Positions 10,090 through 20,411 are shown, numbered from the stretch's first letter. The stretch is 64,000 nt of DNA from an uncultured bacterium (GCA_963777505.1 CAVZQN010000001.1:544001-608000), one strand, 5' to 3'. The notes: a model not told the origin generated them from the letters alone. Numbers and translations: made by a program.

Positions 10090-11693
10090 ACTATGGAAGC
10101 CTCACGATATTCTCCAAAATGCCGACGGAGCAAATCTGAGACTTCACCAAGAGTAACGTTTGCTTCCAGAGCCTCGATCAGCGGATTCATGATGTTTCCG
10201 CCATCGAGGACCGTTTGTTCTAATGTTTTCAGCGATTCCTCTACTTTTCGTGCGTCACGACGCTTTCGTAATGCGTGAAGCCTGGCGATCTGATCTTGTT
10301 CCACGTTCAGGTCGATCTGCAAAATTTCCCGGATCGGCTCCTCTTCCTGCCTGAAAACGTTCACACCAACCACGAGAGCTTCCTGTTCTTCCAGAGCCCT
10401 TGCATAACGGTAAGCACTCTCCTGGATTTCTTTCTGAACATACCCCGCCTCAATTGCCTTCAGCATTCCACCCATCATTTCGATCCGATCCAGATATTCT
10501 GCCGCTTTTTCTTCTATTACATCTGTAGTACTCTCAATGTAGTACGACCCAGCGAGTGGATCCGCCGTAGAAGTGACACCGGATTCATAGGCGATAACCT
10601 GCTGAGTTCTCAAAGCAAGCAGGGCCGAAGGTTCTGAGGGCAATGCCAGGGCTTCATCCCAAGCATTTGTATGAAGGGATTGAGTTCCGCCAAGAACTGC
10701 GGCAAGAGCTTGTAAAGTTACCCGTGCAGTATTTACCTGCGGCTGTTGAGCGGTTAGTGTTGAACCCGCGGTTTGTGCATGGAAGCGAAGCTGGCAGGAA
10801 CGTTCTGACTTAGCTCCGAACTTTTCTTTCATAATCCGCGCCCACATCCTGCGAGCGGCGCGGAATTTCGCGACTTCCTCAAGAAGATTATTGTGGGCAT
10901 TGAAAAAGAACGAAATGCGCGGCGCAAAATCATCCACCGCCAACCCCGCTTGAATGGCCGCCTTCACATAGGTAATTGCATTTGCCAGCGTGAACGCAAC
11001 TTCCTGAACTGCATCTGATCCTGCTTCACGCACATGATAACCAGAGATGCTTATCGTATTCCATTTAGGAACATGCTGCTGACAGAACGCCATGATATCC
11101 GTAACAAGTTTCAACGAAAATTCAGGTGGATATATATAGGTACCTCGCGCAATGTATTCCTTTAAAATATCGTTTTGTACAGTTCCTGAAATTTGATCCA
11201 GAGGAATGCCGCGCTTTCGAGCTACGGCAATATACAGGGCAAGCAAAATAAAAGCAGTCGAATTGATCGTCATGCTTGTGCTGACTTTTTCCAACGGAAT
11301 GCCGTCAAACAGACGTTCCATATCTTCCAACGAATCAATTGCAACGCCAACTCGCCCGACTTCACCTCGTGCAAGCTCGTGATCAGAGTCATATCCCATT
11401 TGGGTTGGCAAATCGAAAGCCGTACTTAATCCCATCTGTCCTTGATCAAGCAAATAACGGAATCTTTTGTTCGTATCTTCAGCAGAACCAAAACCAGCGT
11501 ACTGTCTCATTGTCCAGAATCGATTGCGATACATCGATTCCTGAATTCCGCGTGTAAACGGATACTTCCCTGCATCCCCTAATTTTTCCGGGTAATTCCA
11601 ATCTTCAAGATCTTGAGGTTTATATTGCTCTTTGATTTCTTCTTGAAACGATTGTTTAAAGGAAGGCTTTTTACTCTTTTTGTCCTTTGCCAT
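10086..11693 (-). CDS. Methylmalonyl-CoA mutase, stand-alone substrate-binding (large) subunit
   Basis: [15 protein letters not shown] (Tyr typical of MCM), [24 protein letters not shown]; no C-terminal B12-binding domain. Confidence 0.9.
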   Translation of the reverse strand: MAKDKKSKKPSFKQSFQEEIKEQYKPQDLEDWNYPEKLGDAGKYPFTRGIQESMYRNRFWTMRQYAGFGSAEDTNKRFRYLLDQGQMGLSTAFDLPTQMGYDSDHELARGEVGRVGVAIDSLEDMERLFDGIPLEKVSTSMTINSTAFILLALYIAVARKRGIPLDQISGTVQNDILKEYIARGTYIYPPEFSLKLVTDIMAFCQQHVPKWNTISISGYHVREAGSDAVQEVAFTLANAITYVKAAIQAGLAVDDFAPRISFFFNAHNNLLEEVAKFRAARRMWARIMKEKFGAKSERSCQLRFHAQTAGSTLTAQQPQVNTARVTLQALAAVLGGTQSLHTNAWDEALALPSEPSALLALRTQQVIAYESGVTSTADPLAGSYYIESTTDVIEEKAAEYLDRIEMMGGMLKAIEAGYVQKEIQESAYRYARALEEQEALVVGVNVFRQEEEPIREILQIDLNVEQDQIARLHALRKRRDARKVEESLKTLEQTVLDGGNIMNPLIEALEANVTLGEVSDLLRRHFGEYREASIV

Positions 11694-11779
11694 GATGTTT
11701 TAAGTCTAGTATAACGCTCATTGAAGTAAGCACGCAGACGGAATAAATTTGTGAAAGAAATCTAATCCAGGAGCAGAAA

Positions 11780-12004
11780 ATGGCAAAGAACAAACAAAAA
11801 GGATCACGTGTGTACAAGAGAATTGAACTGGTTGGTGTCAGTGGAAAAAGCTTTGAAGATGCAATAGAAAGTTCTGTCTCAAAGGCCAGTGAAACATTGA
11901 AGGGTTTAAGCTGGTTTGAAGTGAAAGATATGCGTGGGTCGATTCTGAATGGAAGGGTCCATCAGTACCAGGTCGTTTTAGTACTCAACTTTGAAGTTCT
12001 TTAG
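11780..12004 (+). CDS. Dodecin (flavin-binding protein)
   Basis: VYKRIELVGVS.KSFEDAI...A..TL..L.WFEV...RG...YQV; AGGAG RBS. Confidence 0.9.
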   Translation: MAKNKQKGSRVYKRIELVGVSGKSFEDAIESSVSKASETLKGLSWFEVKDMRGSILNGRVHQYQVVLVLNFEVL

Positions 12005-12871
12005 GGTTGGAATTATCATCGACCAGAACTCTCCGGCGGTGAAGTTCCGCATTTAATTCACATCCCATCAAAACGGAAAGCGACGTCAGGTACATCCAGA
12101 TCATCAGAATTAAGAAAGCACCCAGCGCTCCGTACGTGCTGTTATATTGAGGAAAGTTCCGGAGATATAATCCGAAACAAAATGTAAAAAAAAACAAGAG
12201 GAGGGAAAAGAATACCGCTCCTGGCAATACTTCTTTTACTTTTTGTCGCACGTTTGACATCTCAAGATACAGAAACGCGACGAGAAATGTGGTTGCAATA
12301 AAAGCAAATGGTAGCCGGAACCGGCGGTATCGAAAACTGCAATATTCACATATTGCCCTATACTGTTTTCGAGATAGTGAGCAAATTGCAATCCAAGCAA
12401 TAACAAACTTAAGACAATTCCGATTAATACCGTGGCAAGAACTGCGGCGGTAAACGCAAGTCCGCGAACCCTCCAGAAAGAACGTGTTTCTTTTGTCCGA
12501 TAAGCACGATGAAAACTCTTGCTGAGTGTTACCATCAAAGTAGACATCGTCCAGATCGTACCGATGAAACCCAGCGTTAGAATTCCTTTCGTATTTGCGG
12601 CCGCAATTTCAACGATTTGCCCGCGGATGACTGAATAGATTTCAAAAGGCATAAACGTTCCAAGGAAGGCAATGATTGAATTAAAAACATCAGGGTCCGC
12701 ACTAAGGATGCTCAGGATAGCGACGGCAAGAATCAAAGCCTGAAAGAGAGCGAACATTAACTGAAACGCAATTTCAGCTGCCATCCCCCAGACATCGTCT
12801 CTATCTGCTTTTCGCAAGACATGATAGAGAAAGCCAAAATTCTTTCGGAGAAATACTTTCAGTACGCTCAT
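11985..12871 (-). CDS. YihY/virulence factor BrkB family membrane protein, frameshifted near 12320-12335
   Basis: N-terminal part AAEIAFQLMFALF...AYRTKETRSFW; C-terminal part YNSTYGALGAFLILMIWMYLTS..L.G.ELNA in another frame. Confidence 0.82.
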
Positions 12872-13002
12872 CGATTTGATCTTCGTGACTTTGCGGTAAA
12901 TTAAATCCTATTGATGGTATATTCGTTTGAATTAAAACGGTAGCTTTTGATCGTGATCAAAATCCAGCAACATTGCGATTTCGAGCACGTACTATAAGAG
13001 AT

Positions 13003-13987
13003 ATGGATTTCATATTTCGTTGGATTGTAATTTTTGCTTCGGTTTTCGCGGCGTTCATTCCGATGGTCGTCTATCTATTCCTCATTTGGTGGATGGACCG
13101 CTATTATCGACAGCCAGTCTGGCTGGTTGGCAGTGCGTTTTTATGGGGAGCCCTTGGAGCCGTTTTAATCGGAGTTACGGGCTCGCGCTTTTTCACACTT
13201 CCCATTGCAGCTCTTTTTGGAGAACGATTTTCGTCGACTGTTGGAACAATACTGATCGCCCCTTTTGTAGAAGAGATTGCGAAAGGTCTAATCCTTTTAA
13301 TAGCAATGCTTCGTACTGATTCAGATGGACCTGCTGATGGAATCGTATTAGGCGCAGCGGCAGGTTTAGGATTCGGTATGACGGAAAACTTTCTTTACTT
13401 TACGCAAGTTTACGATTCGTCAGGATTCCTGGCATGGGCACGTAATGTGTATGTTCGGACACTTTACTCTGCTGTCGTGCATTGCGTTTGCACTGCTACC
13501 GTGGGAATGGCAATTGGTTTAGCATGGAATTCCACAGGACCGCGCCGTATTCGCATTGCCATAGCGGGTCTTCTTGACGGCGATGGGAATTCACGGCTTT
13601 TGGAACATTTCAATGGTAGCCGGGCCAAGATTTCGGACAGATATGCTGATCAGTGTTGCTTTCACAGTGATGCCAATTCTCGTTCTGTTGTTGTTGGTTG
13701 CGTATCAATATTTTCTCTACCGTGAAGGTCAGTGGATCCGTACTGAATTGGATGAAGAAGCAATCGAAGGCACGATTCCATCTGGAGTTGTGAGCTTGCT
13801 CGTATCACCTTTGAATCGTTTTCGGAAAAAAGGTGCATCAGCGAAACAATATGTTGATACGGCTATGAAGCTTGCATGGAAAAGACGTCATTGGAAAAGA
13901 GCTGTTGGTTTCAAGAAAGAAAGACTCTGGTTATCCATTCTTGAGTTAAGACAAACGCTGAAGCGGATTCCAATTTTTGAACAGTAG
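13003..13987 (+). CDS. PrsW-family intramembrane glutamic protease, frameshifted near 13573
   Basis: EEIAK, FGMTEN and AVVH are in the first frame; the fourth motif IHGFWN is in the ORF 13574-13987 frame. Confidence 0.85.
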
Positions 13988-14122
13988 TGTCCTAACATTG
14001 AACAATAAGTGTCTACGAATATTGACGCCGGACTTAGAAGGCTCTATGATGACTATTGGGTTGTCGTCGATAAGACAACTGGAGGGAACTTTTTTGAGGG
14101 ATCTGACGACAATATCTGTGTA

Positions 14123-14138
14123 TGGCATGCAGATTGCT
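14123..14138 (+). promoter_or_regulatory. sigma54 (-24/-12) promoter
   Basis: TGGCATGCAGATTGCT, a near-consensus TGGCA-N7-TTGCW, 27 nt upstream of the small ORF start; palindrome GTTGTC-N8-GACAAC at 14060-14079. Confidence 0.75.
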
Positions 14139-14164
14139 GCCCTAACAGTTGAGGAGGTTGAGGC

Positions 14165-14329
14165 ATGTTGGATGCATATATCATCGACCAGCTTAAGAAA
14201 GAGACGGAAGAAGTCCAACCACTTCCTTTGACATTGGAATTGCCCAATTTTGAGGAACAAGAGGAAGAAGGGAACAAGGACCAGAAGAAAGATCGGACGC
14301 CTGAAATTGCGGCTGTGATTCGCTTCTAA
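14165..14329 (+). CDS. 54-aa acidic small protein (below the ORF-track cut-off)
   Basis: GAGGAGG RBS at 14151-14157; MLDAYIIDQLKKETEEVQPLPLTLELPNFEEQEEEGNKDQKKDRTPEIAAVIRF*. Confidence 0.78.
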   Translation: MLDAYIIDQLKKETEEVQPLPLTLELPNFEEQEEEGNKDQKKDRTPEIAAVIRF

Positions 14330-14391
14330 CATCTCTTCCCAGATCAACTCTTGGGGGGCGTGCGTCGATCAGTTATGATGATGTCGGGGTT

Positions 14392-15672
14392 TTGCCCGTG
14401 CATCAAGATGCTGTAACTATCTTCCAGGCTGCTATCGACTCTGTACGACCTTCGAAATTACTCCCTGATCTCTTCAAAAACTCCACTGACGCAGATTTAA
14501 TTCACTGGCAAAATTCACCAGAGCGGTGGCTGCTTTCGATCGGAAAAGCAGGCATGTCGAGTGCAGAAGCCATCCTGCGCAATCGAACTGTTTCTGATTA
14601 TTTTGTTGTTTCACCTCAAGCAATGATTCCATCATCCTTAGATCCTTCAAAAGTCCATTTCGGATCGCATCCATTGCCAGGCGAAAAAAGTTTTGCAGCA
14701 GCGAAGGAAATGCTGAAATGGATTGAACAGATCCCGAATCATTCCCCTCTTCTTGTAGTCATTTCCGGAGGTACATCATCGCTTGTTGCGAGTCCGGCAG
14801 AAGGAGTTGCGGAAGAGTCAAAGACAATTTTGAATGATTTACTAATCCGAAGCGGCGCCAATATTTCGGAAATCAATACAGTGCGTAAACATTGTTCGCG
14901 TGTTAAAGGCGGACAGACAGGGATTGCTTCCTCAAAACTTCAGACAAATGTTCTTGTAATTTCAGATGTGCCGAATGACGATCTATCAACAATCGGTTCA
15001 GGCCCTTTCTATTATGATAATACTACATTTATAGCAGCCGAAGAGATTCTAACACGTTATGAAATCTGGAGCTCACTGCCCGCCGATATCCGTCACCGGA
15101 TTGATGCAGGTGTCAGAGGCGAAGTTCCCGAAACACCCAAGCGTGGAGCCCTTTCCATTCCTCATCGGATTGTGGCATCGAATGCAATCGCGCGCGAATC
15201 AGCAAAACGGAAAGCGATTGAGCTTGGTTATGATGTTGCAGCAATTCCCGAACTGCTGGTTCAACCTGTTGAACTTGCGGTGGAACAGCTGAAGGATCGG
15301 ATCAACGGAATGGAGCCTGGATCCGCATTAATTTTCGGTGGAGAGATTACGGTTCAGGTGCGCGGGAATGGTGTTGGTGGGCGGAATCAACATTTTGCTT
15401 TGCTAATGAGTAGCGCCTTATCAAAAAGTGATGTTGTTTTTGTTGCGGCCGGTACTGATGGAGTTGATGGCAATTCATCTGCAGCCGGAGCATGGACTGA
15501 TGGAAATACGGTCGCAAAAGCAAATGGAATGAACTTATCAATCGATGAGTTCTTGGCTGATTGCAATTCTTTTCAATTCTTCAAGACATTAGATCAGTCA
15601 ATCATTACAGGTCCGACTGGCACAAACGTAATGGACCTCTACGTTCTATTGCGAGAAAAGCCTTCCCATTAA
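14392..15672 (+). CDS. Glycerate 2-kinase (DUF4147/MOFRL family)
   Basis: IGKA, ISGGTSSL, EINTVRKH.S.VKGG, ISDVP.DD...IGSGP, GGRNQH, GTDGVDG, GPTGTNVMD. Confidence 0.92.
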   Translation: MPVHQDAVTIFQAAIDSVRPSKLLPDLFKNSTDADLIHWQNSPERWLLSIGKAGMSSAEAILRNRTVSDYFVVSPQAMIPSSLDPSKVHFGSHPLPGEKSFAAAKEMLKWIEQIPNHSPLLVVISGGTSSLVASPAEGVAEESKTILNDLLIRSGANISEINTVRKHCSRVKGGQTGIASSKLQTNVLVISDVPNDDLSTIGSGPFYYDNTTFIAAEEILTRYEIWSSLPADIRHRIDAGVRGEVPETPKRGALSIPHRIVASNAIARESAKRKAIELGYDVAAIPELLVQPVELAVEQLKDRINGMEPGSALIFGGEITVQVRGNGVGGRNQHFALLMSSALSKSDVVFVAAGTDGVDGNSSAAGAWTDGNTVAKANGMNLSIDEFLADCNSFQFFKTLDQSIITGPTGTNVMDLYVLLREKPSH

Positions 15673-15678
15673 ATAGAT

Positions 15679-15732
15679 GCGTCCCGCCCACCACATCGGT
15701 GTGAAGGTGCGATGTTTTGGCAAACGGGACGC
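15679..15732. terminator. Inverted repeat between convergent genes (terminator or REP-like)
   Basis: GCGTCCCG (15679-15686) and CGGGACGC (15725-15732) enclose an inner ACATCG/CGATGT stem. Confidence 0.45.
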
Positions 15733-15733
15733 C

Positions 15734-17308
15734 TCAGAATCTATATAGCGGTATATCGGGCTCCGGTTCAGGCATTGGATCCGCTTCAAAATCAATATCA
15801 AACTCGGGCTCAATTATTACTTCCGGCTCAGACGGTTCTTGAGCGGCCCATATTTCTGGCATAGGTACTTCTGGAGCTTCTGGAGGTTCTGGAATTCCCG
15901 CTAGTGGCGCTACTGGTACTACTGGCGCTTCATTCGGTGGTAGCGGTTCGAGCGGCGGAAGAGGATGCATTTCCGCATGTCCTGGAACAATTGAGGTCCG
16001 TTTTCGATATTGTTTCCTTTGAATATCGCGTTCCACTTTACGCAAAATCTTTTCTGACCTGATCACAACCGCTTCATGATCTGTATCACTATCATGATCA
16101 AATTCTTCATGAATCATGACTTCCGCGGCACGGTCTTCCCCATGTCCTGCGTGTCTCATTGCCTCGGCAGCTTGGAGCATTTCCTCACGAGCTTCTTCCA
16201 TTTTTCGTTGCGCTTGCTCCATCCGTTCGGAGGCAGATTCATAGCCCTCGGTGTTAACTTGAACTACTTTTTTATCAGCCGCCTGGGCTTGAACAATTTT
16301 AGATTTTTGATCAGGGTCAGCAACTGCCAATAACGGATTGGAATTCGATACCCAAAGCACAACAGCCGAGATTAAAAGGAGTATAACAATTGCCGACAGA
16401 GTCGACATTCCAGAATTTTTCTTTGATCGATTTAATAGCATATCCACTCTCCTGCTTAATTGACTGCTTGCAGAAAGTAGCGGTGAGCCTGCAAGCGGCC
16501 TGGAAAATTCAGCCAATCGCGTTAAACAAAGTGCATAGGACTGCGGAGTCCCGCCTGCTTCAACCACAGAATCATCACAAGCAATCTCACGTTCAAGATC
16601 CATTCGCTTACTGATCCATATGACTGCCGGGTTGAAAAAGAAAATTGCTGATAAGAATTTTTGGATTAGGATCGTCCAATCATCATGTCTTTTTAAGTGG
16701 GCAATTTCATGAAGAAGTATCTGTTGAATTTCTTCGGAATGGAGGCGCATCAAAAGCTTTGCTGGAAAAAGTACAACCGGTTTAAAAAATCCCGCCAAAG
16801 CTGGCGCCTGAATTCTAGTTGAAAGACGGATTTGGATTTTACGTTTTATTTTCGCATTCGATGCACAGCGATTTAGCAAATGCTCCAACCATCGCGGTGC
16901 GGCGGTAGATTCTCTTCTAAATAATGCCAGCATTTTAAAGGCATGTACAAGAAGCAACAAACGAAAAAAAGAAATCAAAAGGATTGTTGCTAAAATTCCG
17001 GCGGCTATCGTTAAAGGAATTTGAATCGGGGATTCTCGTTCTACGATTGAATTAACCTTGTAAGCAGTGAAAGGCATATTCTTTTCGGCCGGAAATCCGA
17101 ACGATCCTGAAACAATGAAAGGAATTGAGCAAATAGCCATGAGCATCAACAACCACAATACATGGCGGCTTCTGGCGTTGAATCGAAAAAGATTTAACAA
17201 GATTGCTGCAGAAAAAGCGAGTAACAACCCACGCCACAAACTCTCTCCCAAAGCAGGGATTACAAAATGTGACAGTTCAGCAATCCAGGATAAGATTGCT
17301 CCAATCAT
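15734..17308 (-). CDS. BlaR1/MecR1-like M56 metallopeptidase with Pro/Glu-rich extracytoplasmic tail
   Basis: TM helices, PALAGFFKPVVLFP, ILLHEIAHLKRHD, FFFNP..W, EREIACD. Confidence 0.92.
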   Translation of the reverse strand: MIGAILSWIAELSHFVIPALGESLWRGLLLAFSAAILLNLFRFNARSRHVLWLLMLMAICSIPFIVSGSFGFPAEKNMPFTAYKVNSIVERESPIQIPLTIAAGILATILLISFFRLLLLVHAFKMLALFRRESTAAPRWLEHLLNRCASNAKIKRKIQIRLSTRIQAPALAGFFKPVVLFPAKLLMRLHSEEIQQILLHEIAHLKRHDDWTILIQKFLSAIFFFNPAVIWISKRMDLEREIACDDSVVEAGGTPQSYALCLTRLAEFSRPLAGSPLLSASSQLSRRVDMLLNRSKKNSGMSTLSAIVILLLISAVVLWVSNSNPLLAVADPDQKSKIVQAQAADKKVVQVNTEGYESASERMEQAQRKMEEAREEMLQAAEAMRHAGHGEDRAAEVMIHEEFDHDSDTDHEAVVIRSEKILRKVERDIQRKQYRKRTSIVPGHAEMHPLPPLEPLPPNEAPVVPVAPLAGIPEPPEAPEVPMPEIWAAQEPSEPEVIIEPEFDIDFEADPMPEPEPDIPLYRF

Positions 17309-17311
17309 CGC

Positions 17312-17689
17312 TTACCTCGTATCCTTTATTTTCTTTCGCAAATGCTCCAGTTCAGCAATACTTAACTTTTCCTGATCCAGAATATTCAAGACGAGCTGCC
17401 CTGCTGAATTCTTAAAGAACTTGCGAAGCAGATGCTGCAGCGCACTTTGTCTGGCTTCACTCAAATCTACAACAGCGGAATACACAAAAGCACGGCCTGA
17501 TTTTGTATGAATGACGTATCCTTTTTGTTCAAGAATGCGCAATGTGGTAAGCACAGTGCTGTAAGCAAGCGGAATTTTCCGCGAAAGCACTTGCTGAACT
17601 TCGCCAACAGTCGCTTCGTCACGCTGCCAAAGCACTTGCATAACTCGCAATTCAGCATCAGTTAAAGTTGTTGATTTTTTTCTTCCCAT
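17312..17689 (-). CDS. BlaI/MecI/CopY family repressor
   Basis: LTDAELRVMQVLW, LAYSTVLTTLRILEQKGYV, GRAFVY. Confidence 0.95.
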   Translation of the reverse strand: MGRKKSTTLTDAELRVMQVLWQRDEATVGEVQQVLSRKIPLAYSTVLTTLRILEQKGYVIHTKSGRAFVYSAVVDLSEARQSALQHLLRKFFKNSAGQLVLNILDQEKLSIAELEHLRKKIKDTR

Positions 17690-17697
17690 ATAAATGA

Positions 17698-17763
17698 ACT
17701 ATTATGAAATTAATAGTAATTTAACATTCACAGTTTTGGTTGTCAACTAAATCTTTAATAGTT
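17698..17763 (-). promoter_or_regulatory. sigma70-type promoter of blaI-blaR flanked by two palindromic operators
   Basis: Minus strand TTGACA (17741-17746), 17 nt spacer, TGnTAAATT (17718-17726). Palindromes ACTATTA-N6-TAATAGT (17698-17717) and AACTA-N9-TAGTT (17745-17763). Confidence 0.65.
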
Positions 17764-17949
17764 CAAAAAAAAGGATAATCGGATGGTTAGATTGATGGAT
17801 AGAAGAACCGGCAATGAAGAAACGGTTACTTTGACTTAATAAGGCCGCTATGGGACACTAACACTTGAAACATTCAATGGTTCTGACAAGAAATCAAGGC
17901 TAGAGAAAAGGGCGCCGGTTCTTGCAGAGCATCAGACGTTAAGATCCAC

Positions 17950-18963
17950 ATGGCAAAAAAGCTCGCAGGTTCGGGTCGGTTCAAATCGCGTAAAGCAGCT
18001 TCCCGTGAGAACTCAGGAGCTGCACCCAAAATTCATACCTCCATTGAAACGATTTATCTGGCAGTAGATCAAAATCTTTTGGAAAAAACTGCAGCGCCGT
18101 TTCAAGAGCAAATTGTAACCAGCCAAATCCTTTACAAACCAGGAATCCTTTCAATTGCTCGTGTGACTTTTGAAGGTACAAGATGGGAAATTTTTCATGA
18201 GCGCGATGTGCCTCGCGTGATACCGTTTCCTCCAGCAGGACAAATGGCGGATTGGGAGAAAGATCTTGTAGAAAAGGTCGACCTCTCTAAGACTCGTCCA
18301 TCGGCAGAGCCAAACTGTTCATTTGAGGTAGACGCAAATCAAGACTTCTCACCCGCTCATATTCAATCGATTCAGGAACAATTTGTAGAATACCTAACTA
18401 CAAACGAAACACTTGAACTTGCCTTTAATCCTCATCTTCGTATCTACCGCAAATTGGAAGAAAATGAGGAGATGTTCTTTAATCGTTGTTTAGATAGTTT
18501 GCATGAAGAACATGAACAGGAACGCAGGCAGCTTGTAGAAACGATATTAAGGCAAGAAGAGCGGCTGAAAGAACGATTGGAACGGGAATATCGTGAACAT
18601 GGAGTCAATCCTTCAAGTGTCAGCCAGACTGATTCATCGGCAGCTAAGGATGCACAAACGGGAGTACAGTCTGCGACATCGTTGGCTGAGGTACAAGCTG
18701 CTCTTGATGTACAGGATTCGGTTGTACATATGGGACAAATTCAGCGTGAACTTGTTGCAATCCAAAAAGAGAAAGAAGACAAGTTGCGTGAGTTTGAAGA
18801 AAACCTGGTTGCGCTCGCTAAACAACGTGAAAAAGATATTGTCCGGGTCAATCGTGGTAATGTAAAAATGCTTCGCTTCGCAGTTCTTTGGCTTCCTTTC
18901 ACAGAATTCATAATTCAAGAGGATTCTGGACGCCGCATCGAACTACTTAAATCTTTTGCCTGA
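17950..18963 (+). CDS. Hypothetical coiled-coil protein resembling the C-terminal region of DUF87/HerA-like ATPases
   Basis: 337-aa ORF with Glu-rich coiled coils, NPHLRIYRKLEENEEMFFNRC and C-terminal FAVLWLPF; no Walker motifs; the resemblance is from memory. Confidence 0.6.
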   Translation: MAKKLAGSGRFKSRKAASRENSGAAPKIHTSIETIYLAVDQNLLEKTAAPFQEQIVTSQILYKPGILSIARVTFEGTRWEIFHERDVPRVIPFPPAGQMADWEKDLVEKVDLSKTRPSAEPNCSFEVDANQDFSPAHIQSIQEQFVEYLTTNETLELAFNPHLRIYRKLEENEEMFFNRCLDSLHEEHEQERRQLVETILRQEERLKERLEREYREHGVNPSSVSQTDSSAAKDAQTGVQSATSLAEVQAALDVQDSVVHMGQIQRELVAIQKEKEDKLREFEENLVALAKQREKDIVRVNRGNVKMLRFAVLWLPFTEFIIQEDSGRRIELLKSFA

Positions 18964-19038
18964 TACTTTCTCCGTCGACCGCAAGTTCATTTATCGCACT
19001 TCGTGATATTCCTGCCTTTCGTTTATATAATTCGTGTC

Positions 19039-20385
19039 ATGAATACACCGGAAGCCCGTGGGCTGTTTGAGAGTGAAGAAAACCGGGCGAAAGCCCCGCT
19101 TGCCGACCGCATGCGCCCTCGCAATTTTGAAGAATTTCTTGGGCAAGAAAATTTAACAGGGCCAGGAAAGATTTTGCGAAGAATGGCTGAACAACAACAG
19201 CTTCGTTCCGTAATTTTCTGGGGACCACCAGGAACCGGTAAAACGACACTTGCGCGATTACTTGCAAACGCGACGAAAGCACACTTTATCCCATACTCTG
19301 CGGTCACTTCAGGCATAAAAGAAATCAAAAGTGTAATGGTTGAAGCACAAAGACAGCGCAAATATTATGGACGCCAGACCATCTTGTTTGTCGATGAGAT
19401 TCATCGCTTTAACAAGGCTCAACAGGATGCATTCCTACCTTACGTTGAAAGCGGAGACATTATTCTTCTAGGCGCAACTACGGAAAATCCTTCATTCGAG
19501 ATCAATTCCGCATTGTTATCACGTACTAAAGTCGTAGTACTACATCCAATGAAGCCAGAGCATTTACGCGAAATCATCCTCCGAGCTTTACAGGATGCCG
19601 ATCGAGGCCTCGGAGGTTCCGGCCTGAATCTGTCCGAGGAAGGACTCGAAGTACTCGTACGAATGTCTGATGGAGATGCTCGAGCAGCATTGAACCTTCT
19701 AGAAATTGCTGCAGATATCGTTGGGACTGGTGAAGCGAAGGAAATCGGCGCGACAGAACTGGAGCAGGCTTTTCAACGAAAAATACTGCTTTACGATAAA
19801 AAAGGTGAAGAACACTACAACATTATTTCTGCACTTCACAAGAGTTTGCGCAATAGCGATCCGGATGCGGGCTTGTACTGGCTTGCACGAATGCTCGAAG
19901 CCGGTGAAGATCCCATGTACATTGCACGAAGGCTTGTTCGATTTGCCAGTGAAGACGTAGGAATGGCCGATCCTCAAGCGCTTGTAGTTTCAATGGCGGC
20001 TCAGCAGGCAACGCACTTCATCGGAATGCCGGAAGCGAATACAGCTCTAGCTCAAGCTGTTGTTTATCTTGCAACTGCGCCAAAGAGCAATGCATTGTAC
20101 GAAGGATATACACGTGCTGCGGATGTTGTGCATCAAAAACCGGATGAGCCTGTCCCATTGCATATTCGTAATGCCCCGACACCTCTGATGAAAAATCTAG
20201 GTTATGGCAAAGGTTATAAATATGCACATGACTTTGAGGACGCGATCACCGATCTTTCTTGTCTTCCCGATTCACTCGCTAGCGAGACTTTTTATGTCCC
20301 TACCGATCGTGGTTTTGAAAATGAAGTAAAACGACGACTTGAAGAATGGGCGAAAAGAAAGCGGAATTTGTCTGGAAAAAAATAG
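19039..20385 (+). CDS. rarA: Replication-associated recombination protein A (RarA/MgsA)
   Basis: PLADRMRP, WGPPGTGKTT, FVDEIHRFNKAQQD, GATTENPSF, YDKKGEEHYNIISALHKS, HIRNAPT. Confidence 0.96.
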   Translation: MNTPEARGLFESEENRAKAPLADRMRPRNFEEFLGQENLTGPGKILRRMAEQQQLRSVIFWGPPGTGKTTLARLLANATKAHFIPYSAVTSGIKEIKSVMVEAQRQRKYYGRQTILFVDEIHRFNKAQQDAFLPYVESGDIILLGATTENPSFEINSALLSRTKVVVLHPMKPEHLREIILRALQDADRGLGGSGLNLSEEGLEVLVRMSDGDARAALNLLEIAADIVGTGEAKEIGATELEQAFQRKILLYDKKGEEHYNIISALHKSLRNSDPDAGLYWLARMLEAGEDPMYIARRLVRFASEDVGMADPQALVVSMAAQQATHFIGMPEANTALAQAVVYLATAPKSNALYEGYTRAADVVHQKPDEPVPLHIRNAPTPLMKNLGYGKGYKYAHDFEDAITDLSCLPDSLASETFYVPTDRGFENEVKRRLEEWAKRKRNLSGKK

Positions 20386-20411
20386 AATTACTCTCGCCAA
20401 GTCTTAAATGT

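Noticed and set aside
2555-13987. Programmed ribosomal frameshifting as the explanation for the split genes
   Set aside because: I saw no slippery heptamers or stimulatory structures at the junctions, the families are unrelated, and the clustering favours sequencing error
13946-14347. ORF-track ORFs 13946-14347 (-), 13977-14231 (+) and 14053-14277 (-)
   Set aside because: No RBS or motifs; the region is better explained by the sigma54-type promoter, RBS and 54-aa ORF at 14165-14329
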